From assembly GCA_030446545.1 (NCBI GenBank), contig JAUJNB010000001.1, positions 280,885 through 344,884 of the forward strand: a DNA stretch of 64,000 bases, written 5' to 3'. The notes below the pieces were generated by a model, which was not told the origin of the DNA, did no database searches, and worked only from the letters and a program-made list of their open reading frames with translations. This document shows, piece by piece, positions 42,355 through 50,795 of this stretch (positions are counted from its first letter, which is position 1; every line of letters begins with the position of its first letter). The DNA comes from Acidimicrobiales bacterium (GTDB taxonomy: Bacteria > Actinomycetota > Acidimicrobiia > Acidimicrobiales > CADCSY01). Made by a program: the position numbers and the translations under genes.

Positions 42355-43854
42355 TCATGCCTCGTCGGTCTGGCTCTCGGTGGGAGCCGGGAGATCAGGT
42401 GGGACGACGGCGCCGCCCCGCAACACGATCTCCTGGCATCCGCCTTTCCCATCATCGCTCACTTCGGGGGAGGCGTCGCGCTGGTTGGTCTCCACCGCCG
42501 CCGCGCTGGGCAGCGGTTCGCCGGGTCGGGCCCAGGTGAGGAAGTAGAAGACCTGGCCGGTGGCCGGACGGTAGAGGCCCGGGGTGTCGGTCCCGTCACA
42601 GTCCCAGTCGCCGAGGAGGAAGGCGTCGTCGGGCTGGCCCAGCTGGAATCGCCGGGGCTGCGACTCGGCCGGGTCGACCACCGCCTCCACCACGTCTCCC
42701 TGGCGGACGACGAAGGTGTCACAGCCGTCGCCGTCGAGGTCCCCCTGGAGCAGGGCCGAGCCCTCAGGCCGCGATGGGGGCGCAAGGGCCGTACACGCCG
42801 GCGCCCGGACCCCGCCGGAGCCGGCCTCACCCGACAGCAGTGCTCGCAGGGGGCCAGCCAGGACGGTGAGCACGGCCAGCCCGGCCAGCACGCCGCCGAG
42901 CACCAACACCCGGGATCGGCGGCGGGACGGAGCCAGCGCCGGACGGGGTGGCCGAGGACCGAAGGTGCTGGTACCCCGGGCGCCGGCATCACCCCGGCCT
43001 GCGGGCCCGAGGGTGGCCGGCAGCACCGCAGCGGTGGCACCGAGCGACGCCCGAAGGTCCCGGGCCAGGTCGGCCGCGCCGGCGTAGCGGTCGGCCGGAC
43101 GCCGGGCCATGGCCCGCTCGACCACCGAGGCCAGGGCGTGGGGGACCTGGGGATCTGCTGTGAGCGGCGGGTGGCGGCCGCGGTCGGCGGCCCGAACCAC
43201 GGCCAACGGGGTCGTCCCGGCGAACGGCGGTCGCCCGGACAGCGCCTCGTAGCAGACGACGCCGAGGGAGTAGACGTCGCTCCGGACATCGGGATGGCCG
43301 CCGTCCAGGAGCTCCGGGGCCAGGTACTCAGCCGTCCCGGCCACCGACTCCTCGGCGGTGAGGGCCTGGGCGAAACGCCGGGCCACGCCGAAGTCCGACA
43401 GCAGGGGCTCCCCGTCGGAGGTGAACAAGATGTTGGCCGGCTTGACGTCGCAGTGCAGCACCTGGCGCCGATGAGCCGAGGCCAAGGCGTCGGCGATGGG
43501 GGCGGCCAGGGCCACCACCTCACCTGCGGCCAGTCGTGGGCGCCGGGCCAGGACGTCGGCCAGCGACCCTCCCGGTGCGTACTGCATCACCACGGCCAAG
43601 CCGTCGCCTTCGTCGATCACCTCGATCACCCGGACGATGTGTGGGTGATCGAGCTGGGTCAACACGGTCGCCTCGTCCCGCAGACGCTCCACCTCGCGCC
43701 CCTCCACACCGGGGCGCAGCCGCTTGAGCGCCACCACCTGGCTGACCGGACCAATCCGCCGGGCGCGCCACACCACTCCGGTCGAGCCTGAGCCCAACTC
43801 CTCCTCGAGCTGGTAGCTCCCGAACGTCTGCCGCCGAGCAGTGCCGTCGATCAC
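42355..43854 (-). CDS. transmembrane Ser/Thr protein kinase with FG-GAP/VCBS-like extracytoplasmic repeats
   Basis: GTG at 43854 inside ORF 42355..45087. Hanks motifs: GSGSTGVVW, VALKRL, HCDVKPANIL, DFG, TAEYLAPE. One TM segment (VLVLGGVLAGLAVLTVLAG). Extracytoplasmic part: GDLDGDGCDTFV and LGDWDCDGTDTPGLYRPATGQVFYF. Confidence 0.85.
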   Translation of the reverse strand: MIDGTARRQTFGSYQLEEELGSGSTGVVWRARRIGPVSQVVALKRLRPGVEGREVERLRDEATVLTQLDHPHIVRVIEVIDEGDGLAVVMQYAPGGSLADVLARRPRLAAGEVVALAAPIADALASAHRRQVLHCDVKPANILFTSDGEPLLSDFGVARRFAQALTAEESVAGTAEYLAPELLDGGHPDVRSDVYSLGVVCYEALSGRPPFAGTTPLAVVRAADRGRHPPLTADPQVPHALASVVERAMARRPADRYAGAADLARDLRASLGATAAVLPATLGPAGRGDAGARGTSTFGPRPPRPALAPSRRRSRVLVLGGVLAGLAVLTVLAGPLRALLSGEAGSGGVRAPACTALAPPSRPEGSALLQGDLDGDGCDTFVVRQGDVVEAVVDPAESQPRRFQLGQPDDAFLLGDWDCDGTDTPGLYRPATGQVFYFLTWARPGEPLPSAAAVETNQRDASPEVSDDGKGGCQEIVLRGGAVVPPDLPAPTESQTDEA

Positions 43855-43955
43855 CAGCCGCGACGATACTGCGCCTGGCTGATCCGACCGGCCGTGCCGT
43901 CCCAGCCTCGGCCGCCACTCCCCGCCTGATCGCCCGACGGGGCCTGCGCCGGCGG

Positions 43956-45221
43956 TCAGGCGGCGGCCGGCTCCTCGGGCGGCGCGAGCAGGCTGAAGGC
44001 GTCGCTGACCTGGTCCCAGCCGATACGCAGCAGGAACTGGTTCACCCGTCCGTAGGACTTCATTCCCAGGATGAAGAAGTTGGGCTCGGGGTTGCGCAGC
44101 ACGTCGGGACCGTGGCTGACCTGATCGAGGCAGTCGCCGCCGGCGGCGCCCAACAAGGCGGCCGACAGCTCGATGGGGGCGGCGGTGGCGTAACACTCGT
44201 GGACCTGGAGCTGTCGGTAGAGGCCGTGATCCCCGACGTAGCCGGTGAGGGCCAGCACCCGGTCGACGACGACGTCCTCGTGGCTGCCGGGGTAGTCGCC
44301 GCGGTGGCTGCTGCCGGGGTGGCTGCCGGGGTGGTCGCCGGATGTCCGCAGGGTGACGCGGATGCGGCCGTCGACCCGGGCCAGCCCCTCGACGGCGACG
44401 CCGGTGCGCACCGTCACCCCGGGCTGGCCACCGGCGGCCAGCCGTTCGGCCTCGGCCGCCAGCGAGGCCCGGGCGGGCAGCGGGTCGTCGTCGACCGCAC
44501 CCCACGTCGGTTCGGCGTCGCGCACCACCCACACCACCTCGGTGGAGGGGTCGGTGGCGGCCAGGGCGGCGAGGGAGCGGGCCGCCGTCTGGGCCGAGGC
44601 CCCCGTCCCCACCAGCAGCACCCGAACGCCGCGCCAGCGGTCGGCCTCGACCTCGAAGTCGGGCAGGGTGCGCACGATCTCGGCATCGAGAGCCCGCTCG
44701 CCCGGTGCGGGGATGCCTCCGTCGCCGATGGTGTTGGCGTTGGCGTAGGTGCCCGAGCAGTCGAGCACCACCGAGGCGCTGTCCACCTCCTCGCCGTCGC
44801 CGGTCTCCACCAGCAGACGGAAGGGTCGGGCCGCCCGTGCGGGTGTGGCGATCTCCTCGTGCTTGAGCAGGCCCTGGCGACCCACGCCGACCACCCGGGC
44901 CCCCAGGCGCACGTGGGGCGCCACCTCCGGCAGGCCGGCCAGGGGCACCAGGAGGCGCTCGACCAACTCGGCCCCGGTCGGGCACTCCTGGCCGGCGGGC
45001 ACCTCGAGCCCCGCGGCCGCCAGATGCGCGGCCATGCGGGCGGAGACGTTCATGTCCCAGGGGGTGAAGAGCCGGACGTGGCCCCATGCCCTGACGTTGC
45101 CGGCCACCTCGCCGGCCGCCTCGTAGACGGTGAAGGGCCGTCCGCGGTCGACCGCCGCCAGGGCCGCCTCCAATCCCGTCGGCCCTGCCCCCAGGATGGC
45201 GATGTGGTTTTCGGTGTCCAT
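43956..45221 (-). CDS. FAD/NAD(P)-binding oxidoreductase (pyridine nucleotide-disulfide oxidoreductase-like)
   Basis: ATG at 45221 (MDTENHIAILGAGPTGLEAAL, a GxGxxG motif). A second dinucleotide motif is VLLVGTGASAQT. An internal low-complexity insert reads DHPGSHPGSSHRGDYPGSH. Confidence 0.7.
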   Translation of the reverse strand: MDTENHIAILGAGPTGLEAALAAVDRGRPFTVYEAAGEVAGNVRAWGHVRLFTPWDMNVSARMAAHLAAAGLEVPAGQECPTGAELVERLLVPLAGLPEVAPHVRLGARVVGVGRQGLLKHEEIATPARAARPFRLLVETGDGEEVDSASVVLDCSGTYANANTIGDGGIPAPGERALDAEIVRTLPDFEVEADRWRGVRVLLVGTGASAQTAARSLAALAATDPSTEVVWVVRDAEPTWGAVDDDPLPARASLAAEAERLAAGGQPGVTVRTGVAVEGLARVDGRIRVTLRTSGDHPGSHPGSSHRGDYPGSHEDVVVDRVLALTGYVGDHGLYRQLQVHECYATAAPIELSAALLGAAGGDCLDQVSHGPDVLRNPEPNFFILGMKSYGRVNQFLLRIGWDQVSDAFSLLAPPEEPAAA

Positions 45222-45391
45222 CCGAGCCTCCTCGCTAGAGGCTGGGCCAGGAGGCACAGCCGTGAGCCGAGCGGCCCGCCGGCGAAGCCGGCACGCGCGC
45301 CAGGCGCAGCCCCGGACTCGGCGGCCAACCGTCGAGCATGGGAGGACCGCGTGCACGCGGACGCTCGTATTTCAATCTGGACTAGAACGTT

Positions 45392-46159
45392 GTGCTTGGT
45401 GTTGTACCACGGTGGGCACCGGTGACGCGAGCGGAGTGGCTGCTGGCGCTCGGCCTCGACGCCGCCGACATCCCCCGGTTGGTGGTGCTGGAGGGCTCTT
45501 GGTGGCGGGCCGAACGCAACGCGTCCCGCTTGGCCCTCCTCGACGACGTGCGCGAGCTGGCCTTCCCCGAGTTCCACCTCGGTCACCATGGTGGTCTGCC
45601 GGTGCTGTACTCCTGCGCCTACGGAGCGCCCCGGGCCGTCGAGCCGGTGCACGTCTGTGGCGAGCTGGGGACCCCGCTGGTGGTCCAGATCGGGTCCTGT
45701 GGGACCCTCCAAGAGGGCATCGCCACCGGTGACATCGTCCTGCCCGAGCGAGCCACCATCGGCGAGGGTGCGTCGCAGTACTACGGTGGGCAGGGCCAGT
45801 CCCTGGCCGACCCTGCCCTGGTGGACGCGGCCGAGGCGGCCTTCGTCCGTCGGGGGTTCCGGGTGCACCGGGGATCCCAGTTCACCACCTCGGCCCTCCT
45901 GGCCCAGCCCCCGGAGCGGGTGGCCGCCTGGCACGACGCCGGGCACCTGGCCGTCGACATGGAGACGTCGGCGGTGTTCAGCGCGGCCCGGTGGTTCGGG
46001 CTGCGGGCGGTATCCCTGCTCTTCGCCTGGGACGACCTGCTCCGCCACCGGAGCTGGCTCGACCCCTTCACGCCCGACGAGACCCAGGCCCAGCGCCGGG
46101 CCAACGCCGCCCTCATGGATGTGGCCCTGGAGCTCCTGGGTACGACCGACGTCCCGTGA
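45392..46159 (+). CDS. nucleoside phosphorylase family (PNP/UDP-1) protein
   Basis: 255-aa ORF; the start could be GTG at 45422. Pattern typical of PNP_UDP_1: GELGTPLVVQIGSCGTL..GDIVLPE..AVDMETSAV. Confidence 0.65.
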   Translation: MLGVVPRWAPVTRAEWLLALGLDAADIPRLVVLEGSWWRAERNASRLALLDDVRELAFPEFHLGHHGGLPVLYSCAYGAPRAVEPVHVCGELGTPLVVQIGSCGTLQEGIATGDIVLPERATIGEGASQYYGGQGQSLADPALVDAAEAAFVRRGFRVHRGSQFTTSALLAQPPERVAAWHDAGHLAVDMETSAVFSAARWFGLRAVSLLFAWDDLLRHRSWLDPFTPDETQAQRRANAALMDVALELLGTTDVP

Positions 46160-46319
46160 TCGGGAGGCCGGAGGCCGGGGCGGTGTCGCCGATGGTGGCG
46201 TCCCGCCTCGAGGAGCCGGCCATGTCCGAGAGCTCCACGGCGGCGGGCCCGGCCGGGTCCGCCGGCACCATGGACCTCGTCACCCGCCTGATCGGCGCCA
46301 CCGCTTGCGCGTTCGGGCC

Positions 46320-47948
46320 TCAGTTCGACGCCGACGCCGCCGCCGATGCCGCCGCCGTCACCTGGCTGGCCGAGGTGGCGCCCTCGGCCGTGCGCCCGAA
46401 GACGACGAGCGTGACGTCGTCGTGGTGGTCCTCTCCGGCCCGGAAGGCATCGAGGGTCCGAAGGCAGCGCTCGGCGATCTCGTCGAGGACCGTCGTGGAG
46501 GTGGCGTCCGCCTCCCTGGCCGCCTCGACCACCTCGGCGGCCAGACGATCGAGGCCGAACTCGTCACCCCACTTGTCGCGCGTCTCCAAGACGCCGTCGG
46601 AACAGGCCACCACCACGGCCGAGGCCGAGAGCGCCACCTCGACGCTGGCCCAGCTCTGGAGGCCCAACGCCGGGCCCACGACGGGGCCGGTGAGGTCCAG
46701 CGTCTGCACCGCGTCACCGTCCACCACCACCAGCGAAGGGTGCCCGGCGTTGGCGTAGCGCAAGGTTCCCCGGTCGTCGTCGACCACGGCGATCACCCCG
46801 GTGAGGAAGCGCTCGTCAGTGTCGCCCAGGCGGGCGGCCACCCAGGCGAAAGCCTCGCCCGGATCGCAGCCGATGTCGAGAGCGGCGAGGGTCAACTCCT
46901 TGGTGCGCAGGGCGAAGATCCCGGCTTCGGCCCCGTGGCCGGCGACGTCGACCACGATCACGGCCGACCGGCCCGGGCCCAGAGAGACCACCTCGCACCA
47001 GTCACCGGCCACCACCCCGCTGGCCGGCGTCCAGCGGGTCGACACCCGGATGCCGGGGGCAGGCGCGGCGCCTTCGGGGTGAAGCCGCTCCGACAGGCTG
47101 AGCACCACCATGCCCCGCTGCAACAGCGCATCGCGCGCTCGACCGGCTTCGTCGACCTCGGCCAGGATGCGCTGGCGCATGGCCTCGACGTCGGCGCCCA
47201 ACCGGGCCAGCTCGGGGGGCCCGGGACTGGGGATCGACCGACGCAGATCGCCGGCCGCCACGGCCCGCACCGCCGCCCCCAGGACCATCAGTGGACGGCT
47301 GACCCAGCGCTTCAGCAACGAGGCGCCCAGCCCGAGCAGGAGGAGTCCCGAGAGGGCCCCGGCGATGGTCAGCGCGCTCAGCGTCAGGCGGATGCCGCGC
47401 AGTCGGGCGTCGACGGCGGCCTGCTCGGCGACGAGCCCGTCGCGCAGTCCGGCCAACTCGGTCCGGGCCTGGTCGAAGAGTCGTCGTCCGGTCCCCGACG
47501 ACACCAGCGCGGCCGCCTCGTCGAAGCGCCCGGCCCTCACCGCCCCGATCTCGTACTCGGCGCCGACCTGACGCCAGGCGCTCACCCTGGCCTCGAGCCG
47601 GTCGACCGATGGCCCGTGGGCGGGGTCGTCGCCCACCAGGCGGCGCAACTTCACCAGCGCGTCGTCGACCAGGCGCTGCCCCTCGGCGTAGGGCTGGAGG
47701 AAGGCCGGGTCGTGGGTGATGACGTAACCCCGCTCCCCCGTCTCCTGGTCGACCAGTCCCTGGGACACGTCGTTGACCGCGGCTCGGGCCGGCTCGAGCT
47801 CGGTGTCGAGCTGCCGGGCGAAGCGGGAACGCTCCTGGATGAACCACAGGTCGGCCACCAGGCTCATCAACAAGAAGCCGGTGACCAGTGCGAAGAGCAA
47901 CTCCACCCGGCGCCCGAGCGACATGCCCGAGCTCATCGCGCCCCCCAC
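46320..47948 (-). CDS. CHASE3-HAMP-PP2C (SpoIIE-type) sensor phosphatase
   Basis: 542-aa ORF. After an N-terminal TM segment comes QETGERGYVITHDPAFLQPY (CHASE3-like). A second TM segment and HAMP follow (PLMVLGAAVRAVAAGDL). PP2C motifs are GDWCEV..VVDVAGHG..NAGHP..CSDGV. Confidence 0.8.
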   Translation of the reverse strand: MGGAMSSGMSLGRRVELLFALVTGFLLMSLVADLWFIQERSRFARQLDTELEPARAAVNDVSQGLVDQETGERGYVITHDPAFLQPYAEGQRLVDDALVKLRRLVGDDPAHGPSVDRLEARVSAWRQVGAEYEIGAVRAGRFDEAAALVSSGTGRRLFDQARTELAGLRDGLVAEQAAVDARLRGIRLTLSALTIAGALSGLLLLGLGASLLKRWVSRPLMVLGAAVRAVAAGDLRRSIPSPGPPELARLGADVEAMRQRILAEVDEAGRARDALLQRGMVVLSLSERLHPEGAAPAPGIRVSTRWTPASGVVAGDWCEVVSLGPGRSAVIVVDVAGHGAEAGIFALRTKELTLAALDIGCDPGEAFAWVAARLGDTDERFLTGVIAVVDDDRGTLRYANAGHPSLVVVDGDAVQTLDLTGPVVGPALGLQSWASVEVALSASAVVVACSDGVLETRDKWGDEFGLDRLAAEVVEAAREADATSTTVLDEIAERCLRTLDAFRAGEDHHDDVTLVVFGRTAEGATSASQVTAAASAAASASN

Positions 47949-48835
47949 CGACTGGGTGCCACACCTCCGAGCTGCGCCCTGATCTCGACCACAAACCAGC
48001 GCCGGAACGCTCGTACCTGGTCCGAGGCGGCCAGGGTCAGCAGCGCCCCCTCGGCGCAGTACCGGTCGGCCTCCTCCAGCAGCTCGACCACCCGGTCGAG
48101 AACGTCCAGGGCCTCGGGGGGCAGCTCCATCGACAGGTCGACCGTGGCCTCACCGCGCTGCTCGGCTTCGTCCACCTGGGCTTCCAGCAGGGCGGTCTCC
48201 CCGGCGAAGCGATCGGCCAGTTCCTCGCTGAGCGCCACCAACCGGGCCGGCACGCCGGTGGCATCGGCGTCGTCGAGGGTCATGAGCACGAACTCGCGGA
48301 TGAGCCCCTCTCGGTGCTCCTGTGAAGCCCGGTACAAGGCCAGGGGGACCCGTTCGAGGCAGACCCTTGACGAGCACGTGGTCACGCCGGGCGGGACCTG
48401 ACGCTCCGGGGTGGGTTCGTGGCCCCCTGGGGTGGGCACGGGAAGGTCGAGCTCGAGCTCGAACCAGACCGACTTGCCCCCCTGCGCATCCGGTCCCTCG
48501 TCGAGCTGCACCCCCCACCGGTCCGAGAGCAGCTCCACCAGCTCGAGCCCGCGCCCGGTCTGTGACTCCCGGTGGTGCGCCCGGGGCGTGGGCAGGGCGG
48601 CGCTGAGGTCGCGAACCTCGACCCGCAGGAGCTCGCCTGAGACCTCCACCACCAGCTCGGCTCGTGAGCGGGCGTGCAGCACGGCGTTGGTCACGAGCTC
48701 CGACACGAGGAGCTCGGCGGTCTCGGCGTCACCCGGACGGCCCGACGCCATCAGGGCCTCGGCCACGAAGCGCCGGGCGGCTCTCACACTGCTCGGGTCC
48801 GCCTCCAGGGTGGTGCTGCGCTCCACCGCAGCCAT
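47933..48835 (-). CDS. RsbW/SpoIIAB-like HATPase_c protein with extra C-terminal domain
   Basis: 300-aa ORF. SSVRAARRFV..LVSELVTNAVLHA..GRGLELVELLSDRWG forms an anti-sigma-kinase-like ATP-binding fold. The C-terminal ~150 aa were not recognised. Confidence 0.65.
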   Translation of the reverse strand: MAAVERSTTLEADPSSVRAARRFVAEALMASGRPGDAETAELLVSELVTNAVLHARSRAELVVEVSGELLRVEVRDLSAALPTPRAHHRESQTGRGLELVELLSDRWGVQLDEGPDAQGGKSVWFELELDLPVPTPGGHEPTPERQVPPGVTTCSSRVCLERVPLALYRASQEHREGLIREFVLMTLDDADATGVPARLVALSEELADRFAGETALLEAQVDEAEQRGEATVDLSMELPPEALDVLDRVVELLEEADRYCAEGALLTLAASDQVRAFRRWFVVEIRAQLGGVAPSRWGAR

Positions 48836-48983
48836 GGTAGGCCGCCCCGCCCGCTCTGATGGCCCCGACCCTGTGCGTCACCCAGGTGGCCGGACGTCAT
48901 GGCGTGGCCTGGCGGCCCTGGCCGAGCTGGCCGGTGAGTGGTCGCTCACAGCCCGACCGGGCCGTCGTGCGCTGATGGCCGCC

Positions 48984-49058
48984 TGGCGCCCCCGGTAGGA
49001 TTCGAACCTACGCACCCGCCTCCGGAGGGCGGTGCTCTATCCCCTGAGCTACGGGGGC
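48984..49058 (-). tRNA. tRNA-Arg (anticodon CCG), 75 nt including encoded CCA
   Basis: Reverse complement is GCCCCCGTAGCTCAGGGGATAGAGCACCGCCCTCCGGAGGCGGGTGCGTAGGTTCGAATCCTACCGGGGGCGCCA. Acceptor stem is GCCCCCG/CGGGGGC. Anticodon stem is CCGCC/GGCGG with loop CTCCGGA. The T-loop is GGTTCGAATCC. Confidence 0.9.
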
Positions 49059-49117
49059 GGCCCGCTGATCCTACCCGGCCCACGGGAGCGGCGAGGGGGC
49101 GCCGGTAGCATCAAGAG

Positions 49118-49495
49118 GTGCGCGAGGCCGTCCGGGTGCTCGTGGTCGACGACGACCCTGTCATCCTCAAGCTCCTCCAGGTCAACTTCGAGATGGAGGG
49201 CTTCGCCGTCCTGACCGCGGTCGACGGCGTGGAGGGCCTGCGGGCGGCGAGGGAGGCCCGGCCCGACGTGGTCATCTCCGACGTGATGATGCCCCACATG
49301 AACGGCATCGAGCTGGTGGCCGCCCTCGGGGCCGACGCCGGCACCGAGGGGATCCCGGTGATCCTGCTCTCGGCCCGGGCCCAGGACACCGACGTGGCCG
49401 ACGGCCTGCACGCCGGGGCCGACGCCTACGTGACCAAGCCCTTCGATCCCCTCCAGCTCATCGACCAGGTCCACTTGTTGCTGGCCCGACCGTGA
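49118..49495 (+). CDS. single-domain response regulator (CheY-like receiver)
   Basis: 125-aa ORF. VLVVDDDP..DVVISDVMMPHMNG..VILLSA..YVTKPF shows the Asp pocket, the phospho-acceptor D and the conserved K. Confidence 0.85.
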   Translation: MREAVRVLVVDDDPVILKLLQVNFEMEGFAVLTAVDGVEGLRAAREARPDVVISDVMMPHMNGIELVAALGADAGTEGIPVILLSARAQDTDVADGLHAGADAYVTKPFDPLQLIDQVHLLLARP

Positions 49496-50760
49496 CCCCG
49501 CTACCACCCGAGCTGCTGCCCCTCACCGCCGAGGTGGGCCCCGATGGGCGACTGCTCGTGGGGGGCTGTGACGTCGTCGATCTGGCGTCCGAGCACGGCA
49601 CCCCCCTCTTCGTCTACGACGAGGCCCACCTCCGGGCCCGGTGCCGCGAGACCGTGGACGCCTTTGGTGACGGCGCCACCTACGCGGCCAAGGCCTTCCT
49701 GTGCAGGGCCATGGCCGCACTGGTGCACGAGGAGGGCATGGGCCTCGACGTGGCCAGCGGTGGCGAATTGCACGTGGCCCTGGCCGCCGGCGTGCCCGCC
49801 GAGAGGCTGGTGCTCCACGGCAACAACAAGTCCGAGGAGGAGCTGGCCCGGGCCCTGGCGGTGGGCGTCGGACGCATCGTGGTCGACAGCCACGACGAGC
49901 TCGACCGCATCGAGGCCCTGGTGGCTGCGGGCGCACCGGCCCCCCGGGTGCTGGTGCGGGTGACCCCGGGCGTGGAGGCCCACACCCACGTCTACGTGAT
50001 GACGGGCCAGGCCGATTCCAAGTTCGGCTTCGGTCTGGCGTCTGGAGCCGCGGCCGAGGCCGTAGCCCGGGCCCAGGCGTCGTCGGCCGTGGAGGTGGTG
50101 GGCATCCACGCCCACATCGGCAGCAACATCTTCCTGCTGGCCTCCTTCGCCCAGGCCGTGGAGGTGCTGGCCGACTTCGTCGTGCCGCTCGGCCTGCCCG
50201 AGTTGGTCCTCGGCGGGGGCCTCGGGGTGGCCTACGTCGAGGGCGAGGCCGCGCCCACGATCAGTGAGTGGGCCGCGGTGTTGTCCAAGGCCTGCGCCGA
50301 GGCCGGCATCACCGCTCGCCTGGCGGTGGAGCCGGGACGGGCCATCACCGCCGCCGCCGCCCTCACCCTCTACACCGTGGGCACCGTCAAGGACGTGGCC
50401 GGCCTCCGCACCTACGTCTCGGTCGACGGGGGCATGAGCGACAACCCCCGGCCCGTCCTCTACGGCAGCGGCTACGAGGCCTTTTTGCCTCGTGCCACCA
50501 CCGCCGAGCGGCCCCGTCAGGTCCGGGTGGTGGGCAAGCACTGCGAGTCGGGAGACGTCGTCGTCCATCAGGCCCGGCTCCCGGCCGACCTGGCGGTGGG
50601 TGACATCCTGGCCACGCCCGTCACCGGCGCCTACGGGCACTCCATGGCTTCGACCTACAACAAGGTACCCCGGCCCGCGGTGGTCTTCGTGGTCGACGGT
50701 CAGGCCCGGCTGGTGGTGCGCCGGGAGAGCTTCGACGACCTCCTGCGCCTCGACACCTGA
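49492..50760 (+). CDS. lysA: diaminopimelate decarboxylase
   Basis: 422-aa ORF. Shows TPLFVYDE, YAAKAF (PLP Lys), HIGSNI, EPGRAI and CESGD. Its GTG start overlaps the upstream stop (GTGA). Confidence 0.9.
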   Translation: MTPLPPELLPLTAEVGPDGRLLVGGCDVVDLASEHGTPLFVYDEAHLRARCRETVDAFGDGATYAAKAFLCRAMAALVHEEGMGLDVASGGELHVALAAGVPAERLVLHGNNKSEEELARALAVGVGRIVVDSHDELDRIEALVAAGAPAPRVLVRVTPGVEAHTHVYVMTGQADSKFGFGLASGAAAEAVARAQASSAVEVVGIHAHIGSNIFLLASFAQAVEVLADFVVPLGLPELVLGGGLGVAYVEGEAAPTISEWAAVLSKACAEAGITARLAVEPGRAITAAAALTLYTVGTVKDVAGLRTYVSVDGGMSDNPRPVLYGSGYEAFLPRATTAERPRQVRVVGKHCESGDVVVHQARLPADLAVGDILATPVTGAYGHSMASTYNKVPRPAVVFVVDGQARLVVRRESFDDLLRLDT

Positions 50761-50795
50761 GGGAAGGCCACCGGCCTGACCGGTAGCGTGGCCCC

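Noticed and set aside
44281-44340. Short tandem-like repeat (ggtggctgctgccggggtggctgccggggtggtcgcc) inside the flavoprotein gene, encoding DHPGSHPGSSHRGDYPGSH.
   Set aside because: It is an in-frame low-complexity insert within an otherwise normal ORF, probably replication slippage. There is no evidence of a separate element or function.
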